From a virus: a DNA stretch of 64,000 nt. Within the stretch, counting starts at the first letter, position 1, and the number at the start of each line of letters is the position of its first letter. Both the position numbers and the translations under genes were made by a program. The notes under the pieces are model-generated. The model was given only the letters and a program-made list of their open reading frames with translations, ran no database searches and was not told where the DNA came from. This document shows, in pieces, positions 19,190-28,555 of this stretch. Location: positions 1 through 64,000 of IMG/VR virus record IMGVR_UViG_3300027801_002586. One strand, given 5' to 3'.

Positions 19190-20347
19190 ATGGCTAATTT
19201 AGTTGTAAAAATCGAAAAGTCTGGAAACAGATATAATGCTTGGGATATTGATGGTAATAAGTTTACTTCAAAAATCTCAATTTCTGCTCGTAAACGAGCT
19301 CACAAAAAGGGTATGGCCCTTGAACAGAGAGTTAATAAATCAGGTAAGAACTACTGGTGGGTAGTTCCAATGTCTGAATTTGAAGCTAATTCTGCTCCAA
19401 TATTTGATGTATCTTCAATAGAGATTCCATCAGACCATGCTGAAGTTCTTAACTTCATACACGATTCATATAAACTAAAACCTAAAGGTTTAGTTATGAG
19501 AGAATTAAAGTGGAAGTACTTAATCCGTTCTGCCGTAAGAGGTAAGAATATTTTAATGACTGGCCCTGCTGGTTGTGGAAAAACTATGGCTGCTAAATCT
19601 TTGGTTAATTCCTTAGATAGGCCAGATTACTATTTTAATATGGGTTCTACACAAGACCCACGAGCCACCCTAATCGGTAACACTCATTTCGATAAAAAGA
19701 AAGGTACTTACTTTTCAGAGGCTCTTTTTGTAAAGGCTATTCAAACACCAAACGCTGTGATTCTTCTTGATGAATTATCAAGAGCTCACCCTGATGCTTG
19801 GAATATTCTGATGACGGTTTTAGATGCTGGTCAAAGATATCTTAGGTTGGATGAGGCTGATGGTCAAACTACTATCCCAGTTGCTGAAGGTGTAACTTTT
19901 GTAGCTACGGCTAATATCGGAAACGAATACACAAGTACTCGTGTAATGGATAAAGCTCTAATGGATAGATTCACTATCGTGGAAATGGATGTCTTAACTG
20001 ATGAAGAGGAACTTGGCTTACTTACTTATATGTTCCCCCATGTTGAGCCTGATTTAATGAAGGCTGTTGCTGAGATTGCTCATACTACACGTATGGAATC
20101 AAAATCAGATACTGGGAAAGTTTCTGCTGGAGTTTCTACGAGAACTTCGGTTGAGATGGCTGGATTACTTTACGATGGTTTCGGAATCGATGAGGCTGCT
20201 GAAGTAAGTATCTATCCACAATTCGCTGATGATGGCGGGATGGATTCTGAAAGAACTTTTGTAAAGCAGTTAGTTCAGAAGTACATCAATGATGGTTCGG
20301 ACGAGGATTTATTCAATGTTGAGGATGAATCGGAAAATATGAGTTAG
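19190..20347 (+). CDS. MoxR/CbbQ/CobS-type AAA+ ATPase
   Basis: GPAGCGKT, LLDELSR, ATANIG, DKALMDRF, STR. Confidence 0.9.
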   Translation: MANLVVKIEKSGNRYNAWDIDGNKFTSKISISARKRAHKKGMALEQRVNKSGKNYWWVVPMSEFEANSAPIFDVSSIEIPSDHAEVLNFIHDSYKLKPKGLVMRELKWKYLIRSAVRGKNILMTGPAGCGKTMAAKSLVNSLDRPDYYFNMGSTQDPRATLIGNTHFDKKKGTYFSEALFVKAIQTPNAVILLDELSRAHPDAWNILMTVLDAGQRYLRLDEADGQTTIPVAEGVTFVATANIGNEYTSTRVMDKALMDRFTIVEMDVLTDEEELGLLTYMFPHVEPDLMKAVAEIAHTTRMESKSDTGKVSAGVSTRTSVEMAGLLYDGFGIDEAAEVSIYPQFADDGGMDSERTFVKQLVQKYINDGSDEDLFNVEDESENMS

Positions 20348-20365
20348 GTCTTACCTAACTCGGTG

Positions 20366-20412
20366 TGGCTGGTGGTTTTTGATTTCCTTTCTTTCCCATC
20401 AGCCATTTTTTT
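20366..20412 (+). terminator. Intrinsic terminator
   Basis: TGGCTGGTGG/CCATCAGCCA stem followed by T7. Confidence 0.7.
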
Positions 20413-20459
20413 ATACATTTTGGAAATTTGAAAGTATATTTATAAATGAGGAATAAGAT

Positions 20460-20816
20460 ATGATAAAAATTATTAAACGAGTTTTAAATCGACATAGAGA
20501 TACTCAAGGTAATATTGGTTCGGAAGCATTTCGTGATTTGTTAGCAGTAGAAATTGCTGCAGTTATGAAATCTAAGGGTTGTTATACTGAATATGGTGAT
20601 AGTGAAGCAAAAGATAATCCACTCAGTATGGAAATGTGGAAAGGTTATAATACAGAAAAATTATCTAAAGAGTATTTAGATGCTTGGACTTGTGACCATT
20701 GTGGTAAACATACTCACAAAGTTGAATATGATTATCTTGGTAATGGTACAAATCACTTACAATGTGAATTAGAACTTGAAACAAAAAACGAACAAATAGA
20801 ATTGGAGCTTAAGTGA
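20460..20816 (+). CDS. Hypothetical protein
   Basis: ORF with SD and upstream ATATTTATA motif. Confidence 0.6.
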   Translation: MIKIIKRVLNRHRDTQGNIGSEAFRDLLAVEIAAVMKSKGCYTEYGDSEAKDNPLSMEMWKGYNTEKLSKEYLDAWTCDHCGKHTHKVEYDYLGNGTNHLQCELELETKNEQIELELK

Positions 20817-21094
20817 CAGTTACTTATGATAGATATTTAATATTGGCTAGTTATTCAACAAAAATAAGTGGCGATTATAGTGGATATGTAGGGTTTAGAG
20901 AATTGGTTGACGTGTTAGAAAATATAGCAGTAAAACAAATTAATACATATTTATATAATGGAAACCATTATACATCTGAATTAACAATAAATGAAGTTAA
21001 TGTTATTTTAGATTGTGTTAAAGATGGTAAGTACAATAGTGGCTTTGATAAGTTAAGAAAGATATCAAACCAAATTGGGATACGACGAATTTAA
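20813..21094 (+). CDS. Hypothetical protein
   Basis: GTGA overlap with previous ORF. Confidence 0.5.
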   Translation: MTVTYDRYLILASYSTKISGDYSGYVGFRELVDVLENIAVKQINTYLYNGNHYTSELTINEVNVILDCVKDGKYNSGFDKLRKISNQIGIRRI

Positions 21095-21145
21095 ATAAGT
21101 AGAGAAGTAGTTCTCTTAGTTACATTAAATAACAGGAGAATTACG

Positions 21146-21694
21146 ATGGCAAAAAAACTTGATGTTCGTGAATATCAATGTGAATTGGTAAGAGTTTTAG
21201 ATGGAGATACAATCGATTGTTATATTGATTTAGGCTTTCATTTAAAAATTAAAAAAAGAATTAGATACATGGGTATTGATACTTGGGAAAGTAGAACCCG
21301 AGATTTAGAAGAAAAAGCAAAAGGTCTATTAGCTAAAGCTCGGAATAAAGAATTGTTAGAGGGTGGAGTATTTAAACTGAAAAGCTTCGGAACGGGAAAG
21401 TTCGGAAGAGTATTAGGAGAAATATTTGTATCACCAGATGTTGTTGGTGAACACATTACTGAGTGTATTAGTAACCCAGATTCTAAAATTGATTTATCTG
21501 TCGATGGTTGGGTAAGTATAAATGATATTCTAATTGAAGAAGGTCATGCTTATGATTATCTTGGTGGAAAGAAAAAAGATTTCAAAGCTGAAGCAGCTAA
21601 GGAAATTGGAAAAGAAAAAGTTGAGGCTAGTAAAGATTATGTTGATAAACCAACAGAAGAAAAAGAAAAAGAAGCAGGAGCAAAAGAAGAGTAA
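21146..21694 (+). CDS. Thermonuclease (SNase-like)
   Basis: RVLDGDTID, RYMGIDTWE, GKFGRVLG. Confidence 0.85.
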   Translation: MAKKLDVREYQCELVRVLDGDTIDCYIDLGFHLKIKKRIRYMGIDTWESRTRDLEEKAKGLLAKARNKELLEGGVFKLKSFGTGKFGRVLGEIFVSPDVVGEHITECISNPDSKIDLSVDGWVSINDILIEEGHAYDYLGGKKKDFKAEAAKEIGKEKVEASKDYVDKPTEEKEKEAGAKEE

Positions 21695-21770
21695 CACATA
21701 TAAGATTGTTGTTCCTTATGCTACCGAAACAACAACAATGAGTTACGAACAAATAACCTGGAGTTCTTAA

Positions 21771-22061
21771 ATGGAAGAAACACGATTTATATACTTTACA
21801 GCAAAGTGGTGTGGCCCTTGCAAAACATTTAAACCTATAATGGAAGGTTTGGAAGCAGAGGGATATCCTATCTACTTTCAAGATGTTGACGAAGACCAAG
21901 TACTTGCAGAATCATATCAAATCAAATCAGTACCTACAATTAAAATTGTAAGAGGAAATGAAGTGCTAGAGACTATGATTGGAATACAAGACCCTGAAAT
22001 AATGGTTGGTAAATTTCAATTATATGCACCCTTAGAATTTGGTGTTGAAGATGAAAGCTAA
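21771..22061 (+). CDS. trxA: Thioredoxin
   Basis: WCGPC active site, SVPT. Confidence 0.93.
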   Translation: MEETRFIYFTAKWCGPCKTFKPIMEGLEAEGYPIYFQDVDEDQVLAESYQIKSVPTIKIVRGNEVLETMIGIQDPEIMVGKFQLYAPLEFGVEDES

Positions 22062-22362
22062 AGTAGAGTTTGAGTATCCTACTATTGAAGGGATGATTTA
22101 TAAAGATACTATTATAGTATGTGAAGAATTAGATTTTAATAGTAGGGTAGGTGACGAAAAAGTTAAGGGTAAATTAGATACTGGTAAGATAGTATGGATA
22201 CCCAAAAAATTATTAAGAAAAATGTAATTTTTAGTTATTGATTAACTATTTATATACAGATTAAAATTTCAATGCTCGAAAGAGGTTGATTAAAAGATAG
22301 AATACTGATGTCGAAAGAATCAGTATTTAGTTAGACAAACAAGTTAACAAAGGAGAAAACAA

Positions 22363-22836
22363 ATGACTAAAGTTATCTTTAACGCAGGAGTCCCTATTAT
22401 TGATAGGGATAATTTCCTAACACCATTCGATAGAATGTTCGACCAAATCGTGGAAAATTCATTTCCCGATATCACAAAATCAGTAGGAGTAAAACCATTT
22501 CAAGGTACTGCATATCCAAAAGTAAATGTATATGAGTATGATGATAGGGTTGGTATAATAGCCGAAATCCCAGGTCTTGATAAAAAAGATTTATCAATAG
22601 ATGTGGAAGAAGGCGTATTAACTATTGCTGGAAACAAACATGGATTGTTTGATGATAAAGGTGCAAAAGTAATTCGTAAAGAATTAAAACATTCATCTTT
22701 CAAACGACAATTCGAATTGGGTGATTTACTGAATGGAGATAAAATCAAAGCAACATTTAAAGATGGATTGCTTTCGATTGATGTTCCTAAAGTAGAACCA
22801 AAGAAACCAATTAAGACCTCTGTCAAGATTTCCTAA
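22363..22836 (+). CDS. Small heat shock protein Hsp20
   Basis: YPKVNV, EIPG, SFKRQF, ATFKDGLLSI. Confidence 0.93.
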   Translation: MTKVIFNAGVPIIDRDNFLTPFDRMFDQIVENSFPDITKSVGVKPFQGTAYPKVNVYEYDDRVGIIAEIPGLDKKDLSIDVEEGVLTIAGNKHGLFDDKGAKVIRKELKHSSFKRQFELGDLLNGDKIKATFKDGLLSIDVPKVEPKKPIKTSVKIS

Positions 22837-23023
22837 CATAATAAATGTAGGAAACGATAAGTATGTTGTTCTTGGAACGGCAAAGGTGGACACTGGTTTT
22901 ACAACAGAAGAACTTAAGTCTCAGTATGGGTACGCCGATGCCGTTCTTAGGAACGGAGATGTATATTATATCTGCTATAAAATGATAGAAGCAGAATTTG
23001 AAGAACTAAATCAAGAAACATAA
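22820..23023 (+). CDS. Hypothetical 67-aa protein with probable CTG start (not in ORF track)
   Basis: Open frame SRFPNIINVGNDKYVVLGTAKV...EAEFEELNQET with normal codon usage. Confidence 0.5.
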   Translation: MSRFPNIINVGNDKYVVLGTAKVDTGFTTEELKSQYGYADAVLRNGDVYYICYKMIEAEFEELNQET

Positions 23024-23029
23024 ATTGAT

Positions 23030-23244
23030 ATCGTGATTTCTTGTTACCACTTAGGTGGGTTGTTGTTTTCGGAAGTGAGGTTAGAAGTTGAAAAACAGAC
23101 TAACAAAAAGTCCTATTAACAAATATAGGTAATCTTAACAGCGAATAGGCTGGGTTGTAGACCACGCGTAAGGTTACCACAATTAGTTTTGTATGGAGAT
23201 ACTTAATATAGAAAGTGTCGGAAGAATCTGAAATAAATAACGAT
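23030..23244 (+). ncRNA. Candidate structured non-coding RNA
   Basis: ORF-free interval with nested long-range pairings and at least five hairpins (see findings). Confidence 0.55.
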
Positions 23245-23274
23245 TAGGTATGCACAGATGATACTTATTACTAT

Positions 23275-23802
23275 ATGAATCTCAAACAGATTAAGCAAAG
23301 AAAAGTGAGACAGAAACTTGCATGGTTACAATCCGAATTGGAAGAAACTAAAATTATATATAAAACTTGTATAGAAAGATTTAATACAGATTTTAGAAAC
23401 TATTTAATGGGGGGTGATTCTACACCAGACCCATCATCTAAGTTAAGTAAAGACCCACTCGATAAAATTGAATCCGATGTTGATGATGATACATTGAAAG
23501 CAGTATATCGTAAGGTGGCAGGAAAAACTCACCCCGATAAGGGTGGAGATTCTGATAAATTTAAATTAGCGAATGAAGCTAATAAAAATAAAGATTTTGG
23601 AAAGTTGTTAGATATGGCTGATGAATTAGGTCTTGAAGTTCCTATGGATGATAGAATGAAATTTGAAATGGAACAACAGATTAAAGCAGTATCCAATAAT
23701 ATAACAAATATGAAATCCACGATGGCGTGGGTTTGGGTTCACATTGAACCAAATTCAAAAGATAATATGAAGCAATATATTCTACAACAATTGAATATAT
23801 AA
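23275..23802 (+). CDS. J-domain protein
   Basis: LKAVYRKVAGKTHPDKGGD..F...NEA. Confidence 0.8.
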   Translation: MNLKQIKQRKVRQKLAWLQSELEETKIIYKTCIERFNTDFRNYLMGGDSTPDPSSKLSKDPLDKIESDVDDDTLKAVYRKVAGKTHPDKGGDSDKFKLANEANKNKDFGKLLDMADELGLEVPMDDRMKFEMEQQIKAVSNNITNMKSTMAWVWVHIEPNSKDNMKQYILQQLNI

Positions 23803-23834
23803 CATATTTATATATAACAAAAAGGTTAATACAC

Positions 23835-24026
23835 ATGAGAAGAAAAATAGAAGTAATAGACAAGATAAATTCAATTCAACTTGAGGTAGAGAGACTACAC
23901 GAGAGAACACCCGAAGATACTGGTGATAATAGGTTTGACTTAATACTAAGAATCACAAAAGGATTAAAAACGATGTTGGACGATTTAGAAAATATCGTTG
24001 AATTAGAGTCTGATGGTATTGAATAA
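23835..24026 (+). CDS. Hypothetical protein
   Basis: Short ORF after ATATTTATA motif. Confidence 0.55.
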   Translation: MRRKIEVIDKINSIQLEVERLHERTPEDTGDNRFDLILRITKGLKTMLDDLENIVELESDGIE

Positions 24027-24040
24027 ATAGGAGAGTACAG

Positions 24041-24952
24041 GTGGAACGCTCAGAAAATTTCCATATATGGTTGGGAATCTCAGCATTACTTATTGCAGGT
24101 AGTGCAGGATTCTTTTCCGTATTTGGATTAAGCAAATTATTTAGTGGTGCAACATTAAGTGTAATCGTAATGGCGAGTTCATTAGAACTTGGTAAGTTGG
24201 TTACTGCTGCATTCGTATATAGATATTGGAAACTGATTAGTTGGTTTCAAAGGATATATTTAAGTACTGCAGTAATAGTATTAATTGCTATTACATCTGC
24301 TGGTATCTTTGGATATCTAAGTAATGCTTATCAAGGAGCGACCGTCCAGTTCGAAAAAGAATCTACTGCCTTATTATATATGGAAGATAGATTAGACCAG
24401 TTAAAAGAAGATAAGATATTTTTAACTGAGGAATTGGAAGTGGCAATATCAGAATTACCTGATAACTATCTTACAGCAAAGAGAAAACTTCGAGAGGAAT
24501 ATCAACCACAGATATCTGATATCAATAAACAAATGTTAGATTTAAAAGGTGAGGTGGGGGAATTAAAAATTGCCCTTGTGGAGACTGGAGTAGATGTCGG
24601 CCCAGCAATATATCTGGCTCGAACATTCAACACGGATGTAGATTCGGTCGTTAAGTTTTTCATCTTTATTCTAATATTCGTCTTTGACCCATTAGCTGTT
24701 ATGCTAGTTGTAGCATTTAATCAAGCGATAGTACTTAGGGGAGAAGAATCCGAATTAAAAATTGGTAATCAAAAAAGCTTGCTTACCAAGAAAGCAAAAA
24801 ATTGGTGGGAAGTATATGGTGAAACAAAAGATAAGATTCTTAAACGAGAAGATATTGTTGAACCAGAAGAAGATGTAGTAGAGGTTATCAAAGAAGATAA
24901 AACTTCCGATAAAAATATTAGAAAGTCATTAAGAGGTGGAGTTAGAACATAG
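24041..24952 (+). CDS. Membrane protein with coiled coil
   Basis: Three N-terminal TMs, coiled coil, FIFVFDPLAV TM. Confidence 0.7.
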   Translation: MERSENFHIWLGISALLIAGSAGFFSVFGLSKLFSGATLSVIVMASSLELGKLVTAAFVYRYWKLISWFQRIYLSTAVIVLIAITSAGIFGYLSNAYQGATVQFEKESTALLYMEDRLDQLKEDKIFLTEELEVAISELPDNYLTAKRKLREEYQPQISDINKQMLDLKGEVGELKIALVETGVDVGPAIYLARTFNTDVDSVVKFFIFILIFVFDPLAVMLVVAFNQAIVLRGEESELKIGNQKSLLTKKAKNWWEVYGETKDKILKREDIVEPEEDVVEVIKEDKTSDKNIRKSLRGGVRT

Positions 24953-25019
24953 TATATATTATATTTATTAGTAAGAACCCGCGGATTACATTTAATTAAA
25001 ACTTAATGGGAGTGTTACT

Positions 25020-25856
25020 ATGAGTAGTAAAGCAAAAGTAAAAACTATAACAAAGGTTGTATCAACTCAAGATTGTCAAAACAAACGACAAGCATTATCA
25101 CAGATGAAACGTATCAAATGGGACATCGATTTCAAAAACACAAATCAAAAGAAATTTTGGGATACCATTGTATCTAATACTATTAATTTTTGTATAGGCC
25201 CTGCAGGATGTGGTAAAACATATATTGCAACATATTGGGCACTACAACATTTAGTTGATAAAAATTCAAAGTATGATGGGATTATTATTACTAAACCAAT
25301 GGTGGAAGTTGATGGAGAAAAGATTGGATACCTACCAGGTAATATCGATGAGAAAACTGACCCGTTTATGCAATCAGTATATTATAATATGGAACAGATA
25401 ATTGGTAAGCAGAGAATGGAAGTTTTAAGAGCTGCAGGATTGATTAAAGTTGTACCATTAGCTTATATGCGTGGATTAACATTACAGAATAAAATTGTGA
25501 TATTAGATGAAGCACAGAATGCTACAATACCACAGATTAAAACTTTTCTTACAAGAATTGGAATGGGTTCTAAATATATTGTAAGTGGAGATTTAATGCA
25601 GAGTGATTTGAAAGCAAAAGGGGCAAATGCATTAGAAGATAGTATCAGGAGATTTACTGGTTTATATGGTGTAGGATTTTCTCAGTTCGGAATGAAAGAT
25701 GTTGTTAGACATCCAATCGTTGCAGAACTATTAAGTAGATATGAAGATAAGTTTTTTATTGATGAGAGTGTTACTGCAGAAGCAACACTATCTGAATGGT
25801 TAACACATCCCACATACGAACATCCAAAGTACTCACATTATTGGGAGAAAAATTAA
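25020..25856 (+). CDS. phoH: PhoH family ATPase
   Basis: GPAGCGKT, GYLPG, AYMRGLT, ILDEAQN, LTRIG, GDLMQSD, VVRHPIV. Confidence 0.95.
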   Translation: MSSKAKVKTITKVVSTQDCQNKRQALSQMKRIKWDIDFKNTNQKKFWDTIVSNTINFCIGPAGCGKTYIATYWALQHLVDKNSKYDGIIITKPMVEVDGEKIGYLPGNIDEKTDPFMQSVYYNMEQIIGKQRMEVLRAAGLIKVVPLAYMRGLTLQNKIVILDEAQNATIPQIKTFLTRIGMGSKYIVSGDLMQSDLKAKGANALEDSIRRFTGLYGVGFSQFGMKDVVRHPIVAELLSRYEDKFFIDESVTAEATLSEWLTHPTYEHPKYSHYWEKN

Positions 25857-25869
25857 CTTAAAAAAACAC

Positions 25870-25899
25870 TTGACTTGTATGGGCAAAAAGCCTTATATT
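25870..25899 (+). promoter_or_regulatory. Early promoter P8
   Basis: TTGACT-18-TATATT, ATG 5 nt downstream. Confidence 0.8.
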
Positions 25900-25904
25900 C
25901 AGCT

Positions 25905-26414
25905 ATGAATAAAAATACTATAATTTTTGATTTGGATGGAACTCTAGCTAACATTGATGTTAGAAGGAATAAGTCTTTAAAACCCGATGGTAAGTTAGAT
26001 TGGGAAATCTTTGCTGCTCCACAATCAATTTTAGATTTAGACGAACCTAATCTTCCAGTAATCAAGATGGCTCAAATGTTCAAAGCCGATGGCTTTAAGA
26101 TTGTTATCTTTAGTGGAAGGAACGATAGAGGATTTGTTGCTACTAACCATTGGTTAACAAGATACGATGTTCCATTCGACCTTTTAGTATTAAGACCTGA
26201 TAAGTTTAAAGCTAACTCATGGCCTATTGCTGATGGAAATCAAGCTACATCTGATATGAGGTTTATGCCTGATGAGATTCTAAAGAAAGCTATGTTAGAT
26301 ACCTTTGTTGATATCGATGATGTATTCTTGGTTGTTGATGATAGAGATAAGGTTGTTAAGATGTGGAGAGATTTAGGATTAAATACTTTTCAAGTAGCAC
26401 CAGGAGATTTTTAA
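25905..26414 (+). CDS. HAD phosphatase (PseT 3'-phosphatase-like)
   Basis: DLDGTL, SGR, K, VDDR..VVKMWR..G. Confidence 0.85.
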   Translation: MNKNTIIFDLDGTLANIDVRRNKSLKPDGKLDWEIFAAPQSILDLDEPNLPVIKMAQMFKADGFKIVIFSGRNDRGFVATNHWLTRYDVPFDLLVLRPDKFKANSWPIADGNQATSDMRFMPDEILKKAMLDTFVDIDDVFLVVDDRDKVVKMWRDLGLNTFQVAPGDF

Positions 26415-26445
26415 ATGGATAAAATAAAATAGTTAAAAATAACAC

Positions 26446-26475
26446 TTGACTTGTATAGGGTTTTAGTGTTATATT
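26446..26475 (+). promoter_or_regulatory. Early promoter P9
   Basis: TTGACT-18-TATATT. Confidence 0.75.
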
Positions 26476-26502
26476 ATAGTAATAAATAAAGGAGTTATAA
26501 AA

Positions 26503-26651
26503 ATGAATTTACCAGAAATAAAAACGATAGAAGATATGAAATCGTTGGTATCACAGATGGTGATACCTACAAAGAAATTAAATATAAAAAAGCTAAACCA
26601 TTATTAGATAGTGGTGAATGGGTAGTATATGTAGGAGGCCCAATAACATGA
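26503..26651 (+). pseudogene. Frameshifted or chimeric small gene
   Basis: SD+ATG at 26503 is out of frame with ...YEIVGITDGDTYKEIKYKKAKPLLDSGEWVVY..., whose TGA overlaps the next ATG. Confidence 0.45.
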
Positions 26652-26878
26652 AATCGGAGTTACAAGTAGTAAAGAGTCTTGTAAAAAAATATTCTAATGA
26701 TAAAGAATTAGGTAGTGCAGTTAGACGATTCTTGACAGAAGATTATTGGATACAAAAAGGTAATACTTTAAGAGTTCTTGAATATCGAGAACTTAAAGAA
26801 TTTAAAAGTCTGGCAACGTATGGACAGGACCATATAGCGGCAGAAAGAGAATGGCTGGAGCAGTTAGAAAAGATATGA
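26648..26878 (+). CDS. Hypothetical protein
   Basis: GGAGG SD, ATGA coupling. Confidence 0.6.
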   Translation: MKSELQVVKSLVKKYSNDKELGSAVRRFLTEDYWIQKGNTLRVLEYRELKEFKSLATYGQDHIAAEREWLEQLEKI

Positions 26879-27057
26879 GAACAATAAAATTAACCACATT
26901 TAATGACATCGAAGATTGTGATAGACAAGATGTTAATGACCTGATTTCGGCACTCGTAAGAATGGGTTATGAAGTATGGATGGCAGACCATTCCGTTTGT
27001 TTTAACTTGGGGAATGATGACGTAATAAAAGAAGAAAATAATGAGGAAGAGAAATGA
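26875..27057 (+). CDS. Hypothetical protein, duplicate copy 1
   Basis: Near-identical to 28324-28521. Confidence 0.65.
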   Translation: MRTIKLTTFNDIEDCDRQDVNDLISALVRMGYEVWMADHSVCFNLGNDDVIKEENNEEEK

Positions 27058-27347
27058 AAACAATAGAGCTTGAAGAAATAGCACCTTACATGAACGAAAC
27101 TCCGATTTGCGAGCAAACGTTCATTGATTGTGGATTTGAAAGAATAGATGTTTCGGTAGAAGAAAGTGGTGATGACATGCCCACTCATTATTACACATAT
27201 GATTTCGGAACTACTTATGACCCATCATTAATTTCAGAAATGGACTTTACAGGAGTTCAACTATTTAATGAAGAATATAAAACTTGGCATACTGAAGGTG
27301 AATTACAGCTTTTGTTTATGTTGTTTTTAAAAGAAGAAGAGAAATAA
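27054..27347 (+). CDS. Acidic hypothetical protein
   Basis: Coupled ORF. Confidence 0.6.
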   Translation: MKTIELEEIAPYMNETPICEQTFIDCGFERIDVSVEESGDDMPTHYYTYDFGTTYDPSLISEMDFTGVQLFNEEYKTWHTEGELQLLFMLFLKEEEK

Positions 27348-27348
27348 A

Positions 27349-27894
27349 ATGGACTACCCGACAGATTTTAATAAAAAAAGACCAGGGCCCTGGGATGACG
27401 AAACATTTGAATTAGCAGAAGATGTATTTGCAACATGGAATAAAGAGAATGTAAAATGGTATAATAAATACTTTATAGTACCATTTGAGAGATTCATACA
27501 CGCCATTGAAGATTTCCCATCTGAAGCCAAGTGGTTTTATCAACGTGGAAGTAGAGGTTGGTCTGATAGGTCAGCTTGGTCTATTGATACTTGGTTGGTA
27601 GATAATTTGATTCCAATGTTAGAACGATTGAAGAACAATAAGCAGGGCACACCATCCACGATGTTTAGACAGAAAGACGGAGTTGACAAAGATGGAAATC
27701 CAACTGATGAAGCCTCTGCATTAGCAGAACAAAGGTGGGAAAATGTATTGGGTGAAATTATTTATGGATTGAAATGTGCAAAGACAATTCAGAATTACGA
27801 TTACGAAGATAAAGAAGATGTAAAGAAGCTAACAAAGAGTTCCCAACGTTCATTTGAATTGATTGGAAAACACTTATTTAATTTATGGGATTAG
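27349..27894 (+). CDS. Conserved phage hypothetical protein
   Basis: QRGSRGWSDRSAWSID...LWD pattern. Confidence 0.65.
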   Translation: MDYPTDFNKKRPGPWDDETFELAEDVFATWNKENVKWYNKYFIVPFERFIHAIEDFPSEAKWFYQRGSRGWSDRSAWSIDTWLVDNLIPMLERLKNNKQGTPSTMFRQKDGVDKDGNPTDEASALAEQRWENVLGEIIYGLKCAKTIQNYDYEDKEDVKKLTKSSQRSFELIGKHLFNLWD

Positions 27895-27895
27895 T

Positions 27896-28327
27896 ATGAT
27901 TGACAAAACAATAAAATTAGCTGGTGAGTATCCAAGTGATTTCAAACCATCTATATCAGTACAAGAAGTACAACAATTTTTTAATGCACATAGTTTTCAT
28001 AATGGCAGAATGATAGGTGGCAGTAAATCCGGATATAGGAATATGCATCCTGATGATTTAATTATATTCAATGCTAATATATTAATGCCAGGTCATGGTA
28101 AAGTATGGTATGGGGATTTAAATCTTACCGAAGATTATTTAGTATTAAAAGAAATTGCTCAAAATTTAAATACAGAGTTATATGTGTTGCGGGAATCGCA
28201 TGCGAGATTTGGTGAAGAGGATAAACCAATTGATGAGTTGATTAAAAAGGCAGTATGGAATACAAGTGAAGATAACCCAACTAAAGAATGGTATTTAAAC
28301 AAGCAGGATAAAAAGTATAAGAAATGA
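27896..28327 (+). CDS. Hypothetical protein
   Basis: GRMIGGSKSGY...WYGDLNLT; coupled ORF. Confidence 0.6.
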   Translation: MIDKTIKLAGEYPSDFKPSISVQEVQQFFNAHSFHNGRMIGGSKSGYRNMHPDDLIIFNANILMPGHGKVWYGDLNLTEDYLVLKEIAQNLNTELYVLRESHARFGEEDKPIDELIKKAVWNTSEDNPTKEWYLNKQDKKYKK

Positions 28328-28521
28328 AATCAATAAAACTAACCACATTTAATGACATTGGTGATTGTGATAGACAAGATGTTAATGACCTGATTTCGGC
28401 ACTCGTAAGAATGGGTTATGAAGTATGGATGACAGATGATTCCGTTTGTTTTAACTTGGGGAATGATGACGTAATAAAAGACGAAAAAGATTTAAATAAA
28501 AAAAGTGAAAAAAGTACTTGA
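28324..28521 (+). CDS. Hypothetical protein, duplicate copy 2
   Basis: Near-identical to 26875-27057. Confidence 0.65.
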   Translation: MKSIKLTTFNDIGDCDRQDVNDLISALVRMGYEVWMTDDSVCFNLGNDDVIKDEKDLNKKSEKST

Positions 28522-28547
28522 CTCTTTGGCTAGTTTATACTTATATT
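28518..28547 (+). promoter_or_regulatory. Early promoter P10
   Basis: TTGACT-18-TATATT. Confidence 0.7.
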
Positions 28548-28555
28548 AAAGGCAT

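Noticed and set aside
23030-23244. RNase P RNA
   Set aside because: AAAAGTCC only loosely resembles GAGGAAAGUCC and the 3' conserved P4 strand is not evident
26875-28485. DGR template/variable repeat pair
   Set aside because: Mismatches are not adenine-specific (T/C, C/T, C/G occur) and no reverse transcriptase is in the window
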